DNA of 64,000 nucleotides from Pyrinomonadaceae bacterium (GTDB lineage: Bacteria > Acidobacteriota > Blastocatellia > Pyrinomonadales > Pyrinomonadaceae): NCBI GenBank assembly GCA_019694345.1, contig JAIBCA010000169.1, positions 7,736 through 71,735 of the forward strand, in the 5' to 3' direction. Below are positions 27,797 through 36,943 of the stretch, piece after piece. Below the pieces are notes generated by a model. That model made no database searches and had not been told where the DNA came from. It saw only the letters and a list, made by a program, of their open reading frames with translations. Position 1 is the first letter of the stretch, and each line of letters begins with the position of its first letter. The translations under genes were made by a program, and so were the position numbers.

Positions 27797-29134
27797 TCAG
27801 ACCTTGATGTATATGTTCTTTCGGTAAAGCAGCCACATTAGGAAGAGCCAGACCAGGATAAAGCAAATGGCATAGAGCAGTGACGCGTCAACCGGTTGGG
27901 CGATCGACATAAAGATATTGTCGAAAACCCATTTTTGGACCGCGACCGGTTGACCGTCCGCACCACTGACCCTATAGGCACCGATCATTCTGGCAAATAT
28001 TCCGGAAAAGACAAAGAGCGGCAATGCATTCATTCCGAAGATCACGAAGGGCTTTGCCCAAGCTTTGTAGCCCTTGATATCGATCAGCCAATAACATGCC
28101 CCGAGGGTTAAGAGTGCAAGTCCTGCAGTGACCAGTACGTACGAACTTGTCCACAGAGCCTTGTTGAACGGGAAATAGCTGTTCCAGACATAGCCCGCTC
28201 CGAGCAAAACCGCTCCGAAGAAAGACAGCCCTGAGACCTTGTTCAAATTGTCTTCGCGGGCGATGCCGCCCGACTCGGAAGGACCCGGGTCCGCAGGTCG
28301 TTTCGTCAGCCATGTCCCCGTGAGCACACCCGCAATGGTTGTCGCGATCGCCGGCAAGGTCGACAAGATGCCCTCAGGATCAAATACCTTTGCCGATCGC
28401 CAGATGTGATCCTCGGTCAATATCGTCCGGTCCAACCAGGCCGCGAGGTTGCACGCCTTGTCGTCGATGGTCGAAATTTCACATCCGGGCACCGGGATAA
28501 GTGTCATGACCGCCCAGTATCCCAGCAGTATTCCACCGGCAATATAAATCTGTTGTTTCCAATTTGTGTGCAAAAATATGACCGATACGATCAAATAGCA
28601 GACCGCGATCCGCTGGAGCACGCCCGGAATGCGCATCGTGCCGAAATTGTAAGGCACAACGTTGTACCCGACCAGATTCAGCCCAATTACGCCAACAACG
28701 CTTATCCCGATCAGGATCCCGGCGACCTTGAAGTTACGCAGCAGCAAAAAAAACAGCCCGCCGGTCATAGCCAGCCATATCAGCATCTTCAGCCAATCCG
28801 GTGCATTCGTTGCCGCAAACTGAAAGAAAGGGATCACCGACATCGACAGCCCGAGCGCAAAGATCATCGCCGATCGTGAGACGATCTTTGTGTACACCTT
28901 TCGGGTAACCCCCTCGGCCAAACGCTTCCCAAGAGCGATCGGAATGGCTACGCCGACGATGAAAAGAAAGAACGGGAATATCCAATCGGTCGGCGTCAGG
29001 CCGTGCCACGACGCGTGCTCTAGTGGGTCATAGATGTGCGACCACGTGCCGGGATTGTTGACGAGCACCATCCCGGCGATCGTCATTCCGCGGAAGACGT
29101 CGAGTGAGATCAGACGGCTATTTGCCTCGCTCAT
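27797..29134 (-). CDS. HGSNAT-like membrane acyltransferase (DUF1624/DUF5009 type)
   Basis: RLISLDVFRGMTIAGMVLVNNPGTWSHIYDPLEHASWHGLTPTDWIFPFFLFIVGV is the characteristic N-terminal signature. About 11 predicted TM segments. Confidence 0.75.
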   Translation of the reverse strand: MSEANSRLISLDVFRGMTIAGMVLVNNPGTWSHIYDPLEHASWHGLTPTDWIFPFFLFIVGVAIPIALGKRLAEGVTRKVYTKIVSRSAMIFALGLSMSVIPFFQFAATNAPDWLKMLIWLAMTGGLFFLLLRNFKVAGILIGISVVGVIGLNLVGYNVVPYNFGTMRIPGVLQRIAVCYLIVSVIFLHTNWKQQIYIAGGILLGYWAVMTLIPVPGCEISTIDDKACNLAAWLDRTILTEDHIWRSAKVFDPEGILSTLPAIATTIAGVLTGTWLTKRPADPGPSESGGIAREDNLNKVSGLSFFGAVLLGAGYVWNSYFPFNKALWTSSYVLVTAGLALLTLGACYWLIDIKGYKAWAKPFVIFGMNALPLFVFSGIFARMIGAYRVSGADGQPVAVQKWVFDNIFMSIAQPVDASLLYAICFILVWLFLMWLLYRKNIYIKV

Positions 29135-29173
29135 AGTTTTTTCACCTTAGAGAGTGTTTGCCGCAGATTAACG

Positions 29174-29206
29174 CAAAAGACGCGGAAAATACAAAGGCGT
29201 TTCCGC
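29174..29206 (-). terminator. hairpin terminator downstream of the DinB-family gene
   Basis: GCGGAAA (29182-29188) pairs with TTTCCGC (29200-29206). On the minus strand it is followed by GTCTTTTG. Confidence 0.5.
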
Positions 29207-29252
29207 ACTTTTGTCATCCGCGTCACCTAAATGCTCCCGGCGTCGGCACTCG

Positions 29253-29780
29253 CTACCAACCCTCGCGTTCCCTGAGCCGGTTAATGTGAGCGGTATGATG
29301 CAGACTGTGCCAGGCGTAAAGCGCCAGAGCGGCTTCGAGGGTCCATTCACCTGTCTCCGGATGAATGAAACTCTTCTGGAAATCTGCTTCGGACATGGAC
29401 GCGAGCAACGCTGACCACCGAGTGTGGATCGCTCCGATCATCGCCAGAGACACTTCGATCGGCAGCTTGCTGTCGGCAAGTTCAGCCCAACGCTCTTCAT
29501 AGTACGGTTTGATCGTTGGAGTAGTATCTTCCGTAAGTGCAAGTTTGAACCGCGTCAACGAGTTTGAGTGGCTGTCGGCGATATGATGAACGGTTTGGCG
29601 GACAGTCCAGCCTCCGGGGCGATACGGAGTATCCAGTTGAACGTCGGTCAGGCCGGTAACCGCCGCCGCAACCTTATCGGGAAGTGCGTTTATGACCTCA
29701 ATTCTCGATCGCCTAGCTTCCGCTGTCAATTCGAGATCTCGGTCAAATTCGCCGATCGGAAATCGCAAGTCTTCTTGCAT
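29253..29780 (-). CDS. DinB-family metal-dependent hydrolase/transferase (YfiT-like)
   Basis: RFPIGEF..., HHIADSHSNS and AWHSLHHTAHINRLRE histidine triad pattern of YfiT/DinB_2 proteins. 175 aa. Confidence 0.75.
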   Translation of the reverse strand: MQEDLRFPIGEFDRDLELTAEARRSRIEVINALPDKVAAAVTGLTDVQLDTPYRPGGWTVRQTVHHIADSHSNSLTRFKLALTEDTTPTIKPYYEERWAELADSKLPIEVSLAMIGAIHTRWSALLASMSEADFQKSFIHPETGEWTLEAALALYAWHSLHHTAHINRLREREGW

Positions 29781-29801
29781 GATGTTGTGTCCGAATGATC
29801 C

Positions 29802-31160
29802 CTATCCGCCGTAGTAGTTCTCAAATCGTGTAAATTCCTTCAGAAAAGCGAGTTTCACGATACCGGTCGGGCCGTTTCGCTGCTTTGCGATGATCAGTTC
29901 GGCGAGCCCCTGATTCTCTTCGGACGGTTTGTAGTAATCCTCGCGATAGATAAAAGCGACCACGTCCGCATCCTGCTCGATGCTCCCAGACTCGCGGAGG
30001 TCCGACATAAGAGGCTTCGGCGGAGTGCGGGCCTCAGGAGCACGCGACAACTGCGAGAGCGCAACGACCGGTACGTCGAGTTCCTTTGCAAGTGCCTTGA
30101 GTTCCCGTGAGATCTGCGACACCTCCTGCTGACGCGATTCGGAACGCTTGCCGCCTGACATCAACTGCAAATAATCGACCACTATAAGGTCGAGCTGCTT
30201 TTGTTCTGCGGCGAGACGACGGCATTTTGCCCGCATTTCGAGCACCGAAATGCCCGGTGTGTCGTCGATGAAAAGTCTCGCCTCGCTCAGGATCCCGATC
30301 GCTTCCGAAAGTCGGGTCCATTCACTTTGGACCAAATGCCCGGTCCGGAACCGATGAGCGTTGACCCTCCCTTCCGACGCCAACATACGCGTGACCAACT
30401 GTTCCTTGGACATTTCCAATGAGAAGACCGCGACTACCGCATTTGAATTAAGTGCGGCATTCTGGGCAAGCGTCAAACACAGTGCGGTCTTTCCCATTGA
30501 CGGCCTAGCTGCAACGATGACCAGATCGGTCCGCTGCAAACCCGAGGTCATTTCGTCGAGTTCGGCAAAACCGGTCGAAAGTCCGGTGATACCGCCTTCG
30601 CCTGCCCGATGTTCACGTACCCGTACCAACACGCGATCCGCGATCGGGCCAATGCGTGAAAAACTCTGATTCGTCCTGGCCTCGGCCAACGCGAAGATCG
30701 ACTGTTCCGCACGGTCGAGAATCACGTCGGCGTCGTCCTCCTCGGCCAGGGCCTCGCTCGTTATCGAGTTGCATGTCCGTATCAGATTTCGCACGACCGC
30801 CTTTTCGCGGACCACGTTGATATATTCCTCGACGCTGGCAAAGTGCGGCAGGCCGAACGTCAGATTTGTAATGGTCGCGGTCCCGCCGATCGACTCGAGC
30901 GAACCCTCCTTTTTCAGCTCTTCGCCGATCAGGATCGGGTCGATCTGCTTTTGCTTCTCAAAAAGGGCGATCATGGCCGCAAACACGCGCCGATTTAGCG
31001 GCGAGTAAAAATCCTCAGGCTTGAGGTGCTCGACCGCCTGGGCGATCACGGAATTATCCAGAATGATCGCTCCGAGAATGATGCGCTCGCTTTCCTCACT
31101 GCTCGGCAGGGGTTTCTCTAAAAATTGCTCTCGTCTTGCGTCCGGAAATGCGCCTGCCAT
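29802..31160 (-). CDS. dnaB: replicative DNA helicase
   Basis: PSSEESERIILGAIILDN N-terminal domain, Walker A ARPSMGKTAL, IVVDYLQLM, and SRELKALAKELDVPVVALSQLSR. 452 aa, no intein. Confidence 0.95.
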   Translation of the reverse strand: MAGAFPDARREQFLEKPLPSSEESERIILGAIILDNSVIAQAVEHLKPEDFYSPLNRRVFAAMIALFEKQKQIDPILIGEELKKEGSLESIGGTATITNLTFGLPHFASVEEYINVVREKAVVRNLIRTCNSITSEALAEEDDADVILDRAEQSIFALAEARTNQSFSRIGPIADRVLVRVREHRAGEGGITGLSTGFAELDEMTSGLQRTDLVIVAARPSMGKTALCLTLAQNAALNSNAVVAVFSLEMSKEQLVTRMLASEGRVNAHRFRTGHLVQSEWTRLSEAIGILSEARLFIDDTPGISVLEMRAKCRRLAAEQKQLDLIVVDYLQLMSGGKRSESRQQEVSQISRELKALAKELDVPVVALSQLSRAPEARTPPKPLMSDLRESGSIEQDADVVAFIYREDYYKPSEENQGLAELIIAKQRNGPTGIVKLAFLKEFTRFENYYGG

Positions 31161-31199
31161 TTGGTAAAAATGCTCCGATAAAATGAGTATATACGGGCC

Positions 31200-31228
31200 G
31201 TCCGATATGTCGCGTCGTCATATCGGAC
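31200..31228 (-). promoter_or_regulatory. perfect 10-bp hairpin in the dnaB upstream region
   Basis: GTCCGATATG (31200-31209) pairs with CATATCGGAC (31219-31228) around a 9-nt loop. Sits between the rplI terminator and the dnaB start (31160). Confidence 0.35.
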
Positions 31229-31230
31229 AG

Positions 31231-31264
31231 AAAAAGAGACCGCAAATTCGTCGTTTGCAGTCTC
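31231..31264 (-). terminator. rho-independent terminator after rplI
   Basis: The minus strand reads GAGACTGCAAAcgacgaaTTTGCGGTCTC followed by TTTTTCTG. 10 of 11 stem pairs form. Confidence 0.7.
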
Positions 31265-31344
31265 TAATATTACTCCCATGCGGACCGGTTTTACAACGAA
31301 TCCGATGCGATTTGTTTGCGGCCCGGGATGGCCGATGCGATCGG

Positions 31345-31884
31345 CTATTCTGCCGCGGCCTCGGTCGTTTCGGCGGCTTCAGGAGCCGCGGCCTCAGTGG
31401 CCGGAGCCGACTCTTTGACCGGAGCTTCTTCGCCTTCGGCCGAGACCGTTACCGGTACCGAAAGCGTCACTTCGCGGTGCAATTTGACGCTTACCGTGTA
31501 CTCGCCCGTTTCCTTTATCGCATCCTTCAGGACAATACGGCGACGGTCGATCTCATAGCCTTTTGCCTTGAGAGCCTCCGCAATGTCCATTGAGGTGACC
31601 GAACCGAACAGCGTGCCGTGTTCGCCGGCCCGTCGTTCAAAATTCAGCGAGATGCTCGACATCTGTTCGAGTTGTGCCTCGGCAGTGGCCTTTTCGATAG
31701 CGGCCTTTTTCAAAAGTGCCGCGCGCTCCTGTTCGATCTGCTTAACGTTGCCCTTGGTCGCGAGCGTCGCCAACCCCTGCGGCAACAGGAAGTTACGGGC
31801 GTAGCCGGCTTTGACCTTGACGATCTCGCCGCGGCCGCCGACATGGTCGATGTCCTCGCGTAATAGTATTGTTGTATTTGCCAT
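31345..31884 (-). CDS. rplI: 50S ribosomal protein L9 with Ala/Glu-rich C-terminal tail
   Basis: MANTTILLREDIDHVGGRGEIVKVKAGYARNFLLPQGLA is the L9 N-terminus (ATG at 31884; the ORF track starts at 31944). Tail is ...[29 protein letters not shown]. Confidence 0.92.
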   Translation of the reverse strand: MANTTILLREDIDHVGGRGEIVKVKAGYARNFLLPQGLATLATKGNVKQIEQERAALLKKAAIEKATAEAQLEQMSSISLNFERRAGEHGTLFGSVTSMDIAEALKAKGYEIDRRRIVLKDAIKETGEYTVSVKLHREVTLSVPVTVSAEGEEAPVKESAPATEAAAPEAAETTEAAAE

Positions 31885-31974
31885 GATATTAAATCCTCTA
31901 GTTATCGGACCGCTCCGCCGGGCTATCAATTGACGGCCCCGCAATGAACCTCTGACCCGATCAATAAACCCCTA

Positions 31975-32259
31975 CTAGTCCGCGACGAACGGCAGCATTG
32001 CCATCGAACGGGCCCGTTTGATCGCCTTAGCGATACGACGCTGGTCTTTCGCCGAAATTCCCGAGATGCGGCGCGGCATGATCTTGCCACGCTCCGGCAC
32101 AAACTGCCGCAAGTAATCGACATCCTTCCAATCCACATAATCGGGAACCAACTGCCTCGGGCGGCGGCGTTGAAAGCGACGCGGACGATCACCGATCACG
32201 TCCTCACCGACGCCGAAACCGCCTCTATCGTCCATCATTTCAATATCTTTTTCTGCCAT
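31975..32259 (-). CDS. rpsR: 30S ribosomal protein S18
   Basis: [45 protein letters not shown]. Confidence 0.93.
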   Translation of the reverse strand: MAEKDIEMMDDRGGFGVGEDVIGDRPRRFQRRRPRQLVPDYVDWKDVDYLRQFVPERGKIMPRRISGISAKDQRRIAKAIKRARSMAMLPFVAD

Positions 32260-32283
32260 AACTCTCTCCTTGTCCGGCGAAGC

Positions 32284-32682
32284 TTACGCCTCGGCTGACA
32301 CCTCCGTTGATTCTTCTGTCGGGCGGAATTTTGCACGCTTAGCGGCCTTTGCTTCGCGTTTTGCTGCCCGCTTATCGGCCGCCTTGCGATCCTCGTCAAC
32401 ACGGACCGTAACGTAGCGCATGATCATGTCGTTAACGCGCATACGTCGCTCGAGCTCCAGTATCTCCTGTCCGGTTCCGTTGATCTCGAACAGAACGTAG
32501 TGGCCTTCCGTCTTTTTCTGTATCGGATAAGCCAATGTCCTGATGCCGACGTTGTCCATGCGGACGACCTCGCCCCCTTCTTTTTCGATCAATTTACCGA
32601 CTGCTTCGTTCAGTTTCTCGATCTTCTCGCCATCCGTATCAGGATTGACGATATACATAACTTCGTACGTTCTATTTGCCAT
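32284..32682 (-). CDS. rpsF: 30S ribosomal protein S6
   Basis: RTYEVMYIVNPD...IRTLAYPIQKKTEGHYVLF, with a basic/acidic C-terminal extension. No ssb/priB gene lies between rpsF and rpsR. Confidence 0.92.
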   Translation of the reverse strand: MANRTYEVMYIVNPDTDGEKIEKLNEAVGKLIEKEGGEVVRMDNVGIRTLAYPIQKKTEGHYVLFEINGTGQEILELERRMRVNDMIMRYVTVRVDEDRKAADKRAAKREAKAAKRAKFRPTEESTEVSAEA

Positions 32683-32780
32683 TTATTTACTATCTCCTCT
32701 CGGCTAACCAACCTCATTCTCATTTGGAATGAAGTAAGGATCCAATCGTTCGGGCACTGTTTCCTGCCCACAATTTCAAA

Positions 32781-33344
32781 CTAATTAAACTTGGCCATTG
32801 CGGCGTCTACGCCATCGGCGATTATCATTTCGACCGCATCCGCCGCGTTATCCAATATCTCTTCCATTTTTTCGAGATCCCCCTTTGGGAGGTCCTCTAA
32901 AACGAAATTTGACGCACTCGATATCGGGTGGTCGGGTTGGATGCCAACCCTCACTCGCGTGAATTCCTGCGTTTTCAAACAATCAATGATCGACCTGAGC
33001 CCATTCTGTCCGCCGTGCGACCCTTTCGGGCGAATACGGATCTTACCGAATGGAAGCGCGAGATCATCCGATATAACGATCAGCTTGGCCCCATCTCTGT
33101 CGGGCTTGGAGACAAGGCAACTGACCGCCTCGCCGCTCAAGTTCATGTACGTCTGCGGCTTTACAAGTTCGACCGCATTTCCGTCTATCAGACCCCGTCC
33201 GATCAACGCCCGGCATTCAGTCCTCGAGACCTTTGTCTGAAGCCGGCGAGCGAGGCGATCAACGAGCATGAATCCCGCATTGTGCCTCGTCCGTTCGTAC
33301 TTCTCGCCCGGGTTCCCGAGCCCGACAATGAGCCATTTACTCAA
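32781..33344 (-). CDS. pth: peptidyl-tRNA hydrolase
   Basis: WLIVGLGNPGEKYERTRHNAGFM and GSHGGQNGLRSI motifs. Confidence 0.93.
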   Translation of the reverse strand: MSKWLIVGLGNPGEKYERTRHNAGFMLVDRLARRLQTKVSRTECRALIGRGLIDGNAVELVKPQTYMNLSGEAVSCLVSKPDRDGAKLIVISDDLALPFGKIRIRPKGSHGGQNGLRSIIDCLKTQEFTRVRVGIQPDHPISSASNFVLEDLPKGDLEKMEEILDNAADAVEMIIADGVDAAMAKFN

Positions 33345-33360
33345 CGTCCAACGACCTCAA

Positions 33361-34008
33361 TTAAGCTTCACCGCCGTCTTCCTCGGACGAACCACCGATC
33401 ACTTCCGGCTCGGCTCCGGCTTCGACCTGAGACTCAAGGACTGCTTCGCCGACCGTCACGATGGTTGCGACGACGGTTTCGGGAGCCTCGAGGAGTTCGA
33501 TCCCGGCACCGACCTTAAGGTCCGAAACGTGGATCGAATGTCCGGCGGCCAAATCGGTAACGTCAACGTCGATCGACTCAGGTGTTTTTGCCGGCTCGCA
33601 AAGGACCTTGATCTCGCGAAGCGCCTGCGTCAAGACCGCTCCGGCGTCTTGCAGCCCAACGGCATGTCCGGTCAAGTGGATCTGAACCGTCATTTCGATC
33701 TTTTCGCCCTTCGAGAAGCGGCGAAGATCGGCATGGATCAGCCGGCCCTTGACCGCGTCGATCTGACGATCCTGAAAGATCACGTCATTGACTCCCTCGC
33801 CATCGATATCGAGCGAGAAGACGGTATTAATGCCCGAATCCGAACGAATGATCGCCGCAAGGTCCTTCAACTCCGCAGTCGCTGCCAGGCTTTCTGAACC
33901 GCCGCCGTAAACGACGACCGGGATCTTGCCCGCTGCACGAAGCCGACGGTTCTCGTTCTTGCCGCGTGTGTCACGCTTTTCTGCTTTAATTACAATTTTT
34001 TCTGCCAT
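33361..34008 (-). CDS. rplY: 50S ribosomal protein L25 / general stress protein Ctc
   Basis: RDTRGKNENRRLRAAGKIPVVVYGGG ... two-domain Ctc form with an acidic tail. 215 aa. Confidence 0.88.
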   Translation of the reverse strand: MAEKIVIKAEKRDTRGKNENRRLRAAGKIPVVVYGGGSESLAATAELKDLAAIIRSDSGINTVFSLDIDGEGVNDVIFQDRQIDAVKGRLIHADLRRFSKGEKIEMTVQIHLTGHAVGLQDAGAVLTQALREIKVLCEPAKTPESIDVDVTDLAAGHSIHVSDLKVGAGIELLEAPETVVATIVTVGEAVLESQVEAGAEPEVIGGSSEEDGGEA

Positions 34009-34069
34009 AACTTATCCTTGTCTCAAATGAATGCCGCCTTGGGCGACCAGATCCATCCGGAGACCAAAT

Positions 34070-35026
34070 CTAAATGAATAACGATGAGACACTCGTCTCG
34101 TCGTGTATCGATCTTATTGCCGAGGCCAAAAGCCCCGCAACGCTCAAAACCTCGATCTTGCCGCCCTCGACGAGCGGCATCCCATTGTCGCGGATCGGTA
34201 TCGTATTCGTAACTATGACCTTTTTCAGGTACGAACCACTGATATTCTCGACCGCCCTACCCGAAAGAACGCCGTGCGTGAAACACGCCGATATTTCCCT
34301 CGCTCCCGCATTGTGCAATGCTTCGGCAACCTTGCAAATAGTGCCGCCGGTGTCGCACATATCATCGATTATGAGGCAGTTCTTTCCATTGACGTCGCCA
34401 ACGATATTCATAACGTCGGCCTCATTGGCTCGTTCGCGCCTTTTGTCACAAAGTGCGAGGCCGGCACCAAGCCGTTTCGCATACGCTCTTGCACGTTCGG
34501 CTCCGCCGGTATCAGGCGCGACCACGATCAAATTCTCGATCGGATTTGCCTTAAAATACTCGACCACGATCGGTGCTGCGTATAGGTGATCAACAGGAAT
34601 ATCAAAAAAACCTTGGATCTGCGATGCATGCAGATCGATCGTCAAAACTCGTTGAGCTCCCGCCTTGGTTAACAGATTTGCGACCAATTTGGCGGCGATC
34701 GGAACCCTCGGCCGATCCTTCTTGTCGGAACGGGCGTAGCCAAAATATGGTATGACAGCCGTTACTCGTTCCGCCGATGCCCGAACGCAGGTGTCGATCA
34801 TTATCAACAATTCCATCAGGTGCCGGTCGCTCGGCGGGCACGTCGGCTGCACAATGAACACGTCCGACCCGCGGACATTCTCGCCAACCTGGAAATTGAA
34901 CTCCCCGTCCGAGAATCGGTCGGTCGTCGCCTTGCCCAGTTCACAGCCGAGATGCCCGCAGATCTCTTCTGCGAGTTCCCTGTGGGCATTGCCCGAAAAT
35001 ACTTTGATCTTTCCAGTGACGCTCAT
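34070..35026 (-). CDS. prs: ribose-phosphate pyrophosphokinase
   Basis: IKVFSGNAHRELAEEI, RPRVPIAAKLVANLL and IIDDMCDTGGT (PRPP loop). 318 aa. Confidence 0.95.
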   Translation of the reverse strand: MSVTGKIKVFSGNAHRELAEEICGHLGCELGKATTDRFSDGEFNFQVGENVRGSDVFIVQPTCPPSDRHLMELLIMIDTCVRASAERVTAVIPYFGYARSDKKDRPRVPIAAKLVANLLTKAGAQRVLTIDLHASQIQGFFDIPVDHLYAAPIVVEYFKANPIENLIVVAPDTGGAERARAYAKRLGAGLALCDKRRERANEADVMNIVGDVNGKNCLIIDDMCDTGGTICKVAEALHNAGAREISACFTHGVLSGRAVENISGSYLKKVIVTNTIPIRDNGMPLVEGGKIEVLSVAGLLASAIRSIHDETSVSSLFI

Positions 35027-35081
35027 TGAAATAAAAAAAACGGACCATCTTCGTTAAGATTGTCCGTTTCGGAATCGAAAT

Positions 35082-35156
35082 TGGCTGGGGCGGGAGGACT
35101 CGAACCTACGAATGCCGGATCCAAAGACCGGTGCCTTACCACTTGGCTACGCCCCA
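35082..35156 (-). tRNA. tRNA-Gln (anticodon UUG)
   Basis: The reverse complement, TGGGGCGTAGCCAAGTGGTAAGGCACCGGTCTTTGGATCCGGCATTCGTAGGTTCGAGTCCTCCCGCCCCAGCCA, closely resembles E. coli tRNA-Gln (U1-A72, G73, GCCAAG.GGTAAGGC D-arm). Anticodon loop is CU-UUG-GA. There is one U-C mismatch in the T-stem, and the CCA is encoded. Confidence 0.85.
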
Positions 35157-35188
35157 ATGCGAATTTTTAGAAACTGATCGGAAACAAC

Positions 35189-36085
35189 CTAACACCGAAG
35201 TGCTTCACGGAATTCTCTCCGCGAAATAGTTGCTACGGCAAACTTTCGCCAGGTCGATTCATTATCGAGGGCTTTAATAGCAGCTTGCCGTGTTTCTGTG
35301 TTGTCAAATAGTGCGAAGACCGAAGCCCCGCTGCCGCTCATCGCGGCGTTTAATGCACCAAGTTCGATCAAACGGCCTTTGACCCGCCTGACCTCTGGGT
35401 GAGCGTCGAAAACGCTCGTTTCAAAATCGTTTATCAACTCCGAACTGTAGGGATCAAGGTGATCGACTTCATTTCGGCAAACAGTAAGATTATGTTTTTG
35501 CTCGTCTGATGTCAAGGTGCGAGCGTTCAGTGCTGCAAAGGCCAGGGCAGTCGACACACTAACTTCCGGCGTTACGATCAGCAGATTTTCCGCCTCGACT
35601 TCCGAGGCAAGCGGCGATATCACATCACCGCGGCCTGAACCGACCGCAGTACCGCCGATCAAAAAGAATGGAACATCTGCTCCTAGTCCGCCGGCGATCG
35701 CCTGCAACGTTTGCTGCGGGATCGGCCCGAACCCGCATAGCTTACTAAATCCAAAGATCGCAGCCCCCGCGTTCGACGACCCTCCGCCGAGGCCGCCGGG
35801 AGACGGTATCCTTTTGTTCAAGTGTACTTTGCCGGTTACTCTTCGTTGAAAATGCTCTTCCAGGGCTGCCGCGGCTCGAAGGATCAAATTTCTGTCGTCT
35901 GTAGGCACATCCGGATCGTCACAGGTCAGTTCGAGACGATCACTTTCTTCGAATTCCAAAGTATCGTGCAGCGAGATAGTCTGGAACACCGTACATAGTT
36001 CGTGAAAACCATCAATGCGCTTTCCCAAAACGCGCAGTCTCCAATTTATCTTCGCAAATGACGGCAATGAAAATCGGGCTTTCAT
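35189..36085 (-). CDS. ispE: 4-diphosphocytidyl-2-C-methyl-D-erythritol kinase
   Basis: AKINWRLRVLGKRIDGFHEL and the GHMP-kinase loop IPSPGGLGGGSSNAGAA. Classic ispE-tRNA-prs-ctc-pth neighbourhood. Confidence 0.9.
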   Translation of the reverse strand: MKARFSLPSFAKINWRLRVLGKRIDGFHELCTVFQTISLHDTLEFEESDRLELTCDDPDVPTDDRNLILRAAAALEEHFQRRVTGKVHLNKRIPSPGGLGGGSSNAGAAIFGFSKLCGFGPIPQQTLQAIAGGLGADVPFFLIGGTAVGSGRGDVISPLASEVEAENLLIVTPEVSVSTALAFAALNARTLTSDEQKHNLTVCRNEVDHLDPYSSELINDFETSVFDAHPEVRRVKGRLIELGALNAAMSGSGASVFALFDNTETRQAAIKALDNESTWRKFAVATISRREFREALRC

Positions 36086-36111
36086 CGCTAAAGAATAGAA
36101 CTAGCGGGTCA

Positions 36112-36154
36112 GAAAGTAAAAGAGCGGGCCCGGTTCGACCGAACCGGCCACGCT
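36112..36154 (-). terminator. terminator after the CAP-domain gene
   Basis: CCGGTTCG (36130-36137) pairs with CGAACCGG (36140-36147), with outer AGCG/CGCT pairs. On the minus strand it is followed by CTCTTTTACTTTCT. Confidence 0.55.
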
Positions 36155-36180
36155 CATCATAATTCACTGTTATCGGGCCT

Positions 36181-36762
36181 TTATTTCCGAGTTAAAAAGA
36201 CCTGAGTAAAGTAATACGAACCGTCGGCCGCGACCGCGATGCCGACCGCCGATTCGCTCCAATCCGATTTAAGCAGATTTCGGCGGTGGGACGGCGATTC
36301 GAGCCAAAGTTGGACTGCGACCTCGACCGGATCCTTATAGCCGCGGTTGAAAGCGATGTTCTCGCCGATCGCACGCCACTTCTTTAATCCAGAACGATCC
36401 GCCCGGTCGCTCACCATCGAATCATCCAAACCTCGATGCCCGAAATACTTGAAATCAGCCATATCCTGCGAATGCTGACGTGCGATCTTGGCGATCTCTT
36501 CACTCCACTCGAGCTGTTTGAATCCATTCTCGACCCGCTTCTTATTGAGCAGATCGAACGCGATCCGCTCGATCGACGTCGTATTTACGATTATCGACGC
36601 CTTGACGGCCGCCGCCTTTTCTTCAACAACGCGCGGCCTGGTGATCTCGGACGACCCCAAAGTGTTTCGTGCGACCTGTTCTTGAAAATTGTTCGATTGA
36701 GCGACGGTGACGGCCGCAAATGCGGCGATCAAACCCATTAGGACAGTGGCTTTTCTTTTCAT
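36181..36762 (-). CDS. secreted CAP/SCP (PR-1-like, YkwD-type) domain protein
   Basis: Signal peptide MKRKATVLMGLIAAFAAVTVAQ. LNKKRVENGFKQLEWSEEIAKIARQHSQDMADFKYFGH...GENIAF...WLESPSHRRNLL is the CAP-domain pattern. Confidence 0.8.
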   Translation of the reverse strand: MKRKATVLMGLIAAFAAVTVAQSNNFQEQVARNTLGSSEITRPRVVEEKAAAVKASIIVNTTSIERIAFDLLNKKRVENGFKQLEWSEEIAKIARQHSQDMADFKYFGHRGLDDSMVSDRADRSGLKKWRAIGENIAFNRGYKDPVEVAVQLWLESPSHRRNLLKSDWSESAVGIAVAADGSYYFTQVFLTRK

Positions 36763-36858
36763 TTGACCTCACTTCGGCAGCCTGACTATCCGCTCACTAG
36801 CGGCTCGAGGCTTTGCGTTCGCTCATTCCATAAATAAGCGATTGCCTTTTCGGTTAAG

Positions 36859-36887
36859 GTGACAGTGCGCGCGGTACTGTCTACTAA
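36859..36887 (+). promoter_or_regulatory. candidate copA promoter overlapped by a 6-bp dyad
   Basis: GTGACA (36859-36864), a 17-nt spacer, then TACTAA (36882-36887). The dyad GACAGT-N9-ACTGTC (36861-36881) fills the -35/spacer region. Pattern match only. Confidence 0.25.
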
Positions 36888-36943
36888 AACAAAATACCAA
36901 TCCAACATATGTTCCAATTTTTTACTGCTGAATGAGTTAAAAT

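Noticed and set aside
36786-36908. A 40-aa minus-strand mini-ORF (MLDWYFVLVDSTARTVTLTEKAIAYLWNERTQSLEPLVSG) in the CAP-copA divergent region.
   Set aside because: It has no RBS, uses AT-rich rare-looking codons, and its ATG is part of the AACATATGTT palindrome. It is more likely regulatory DNA than a gene.
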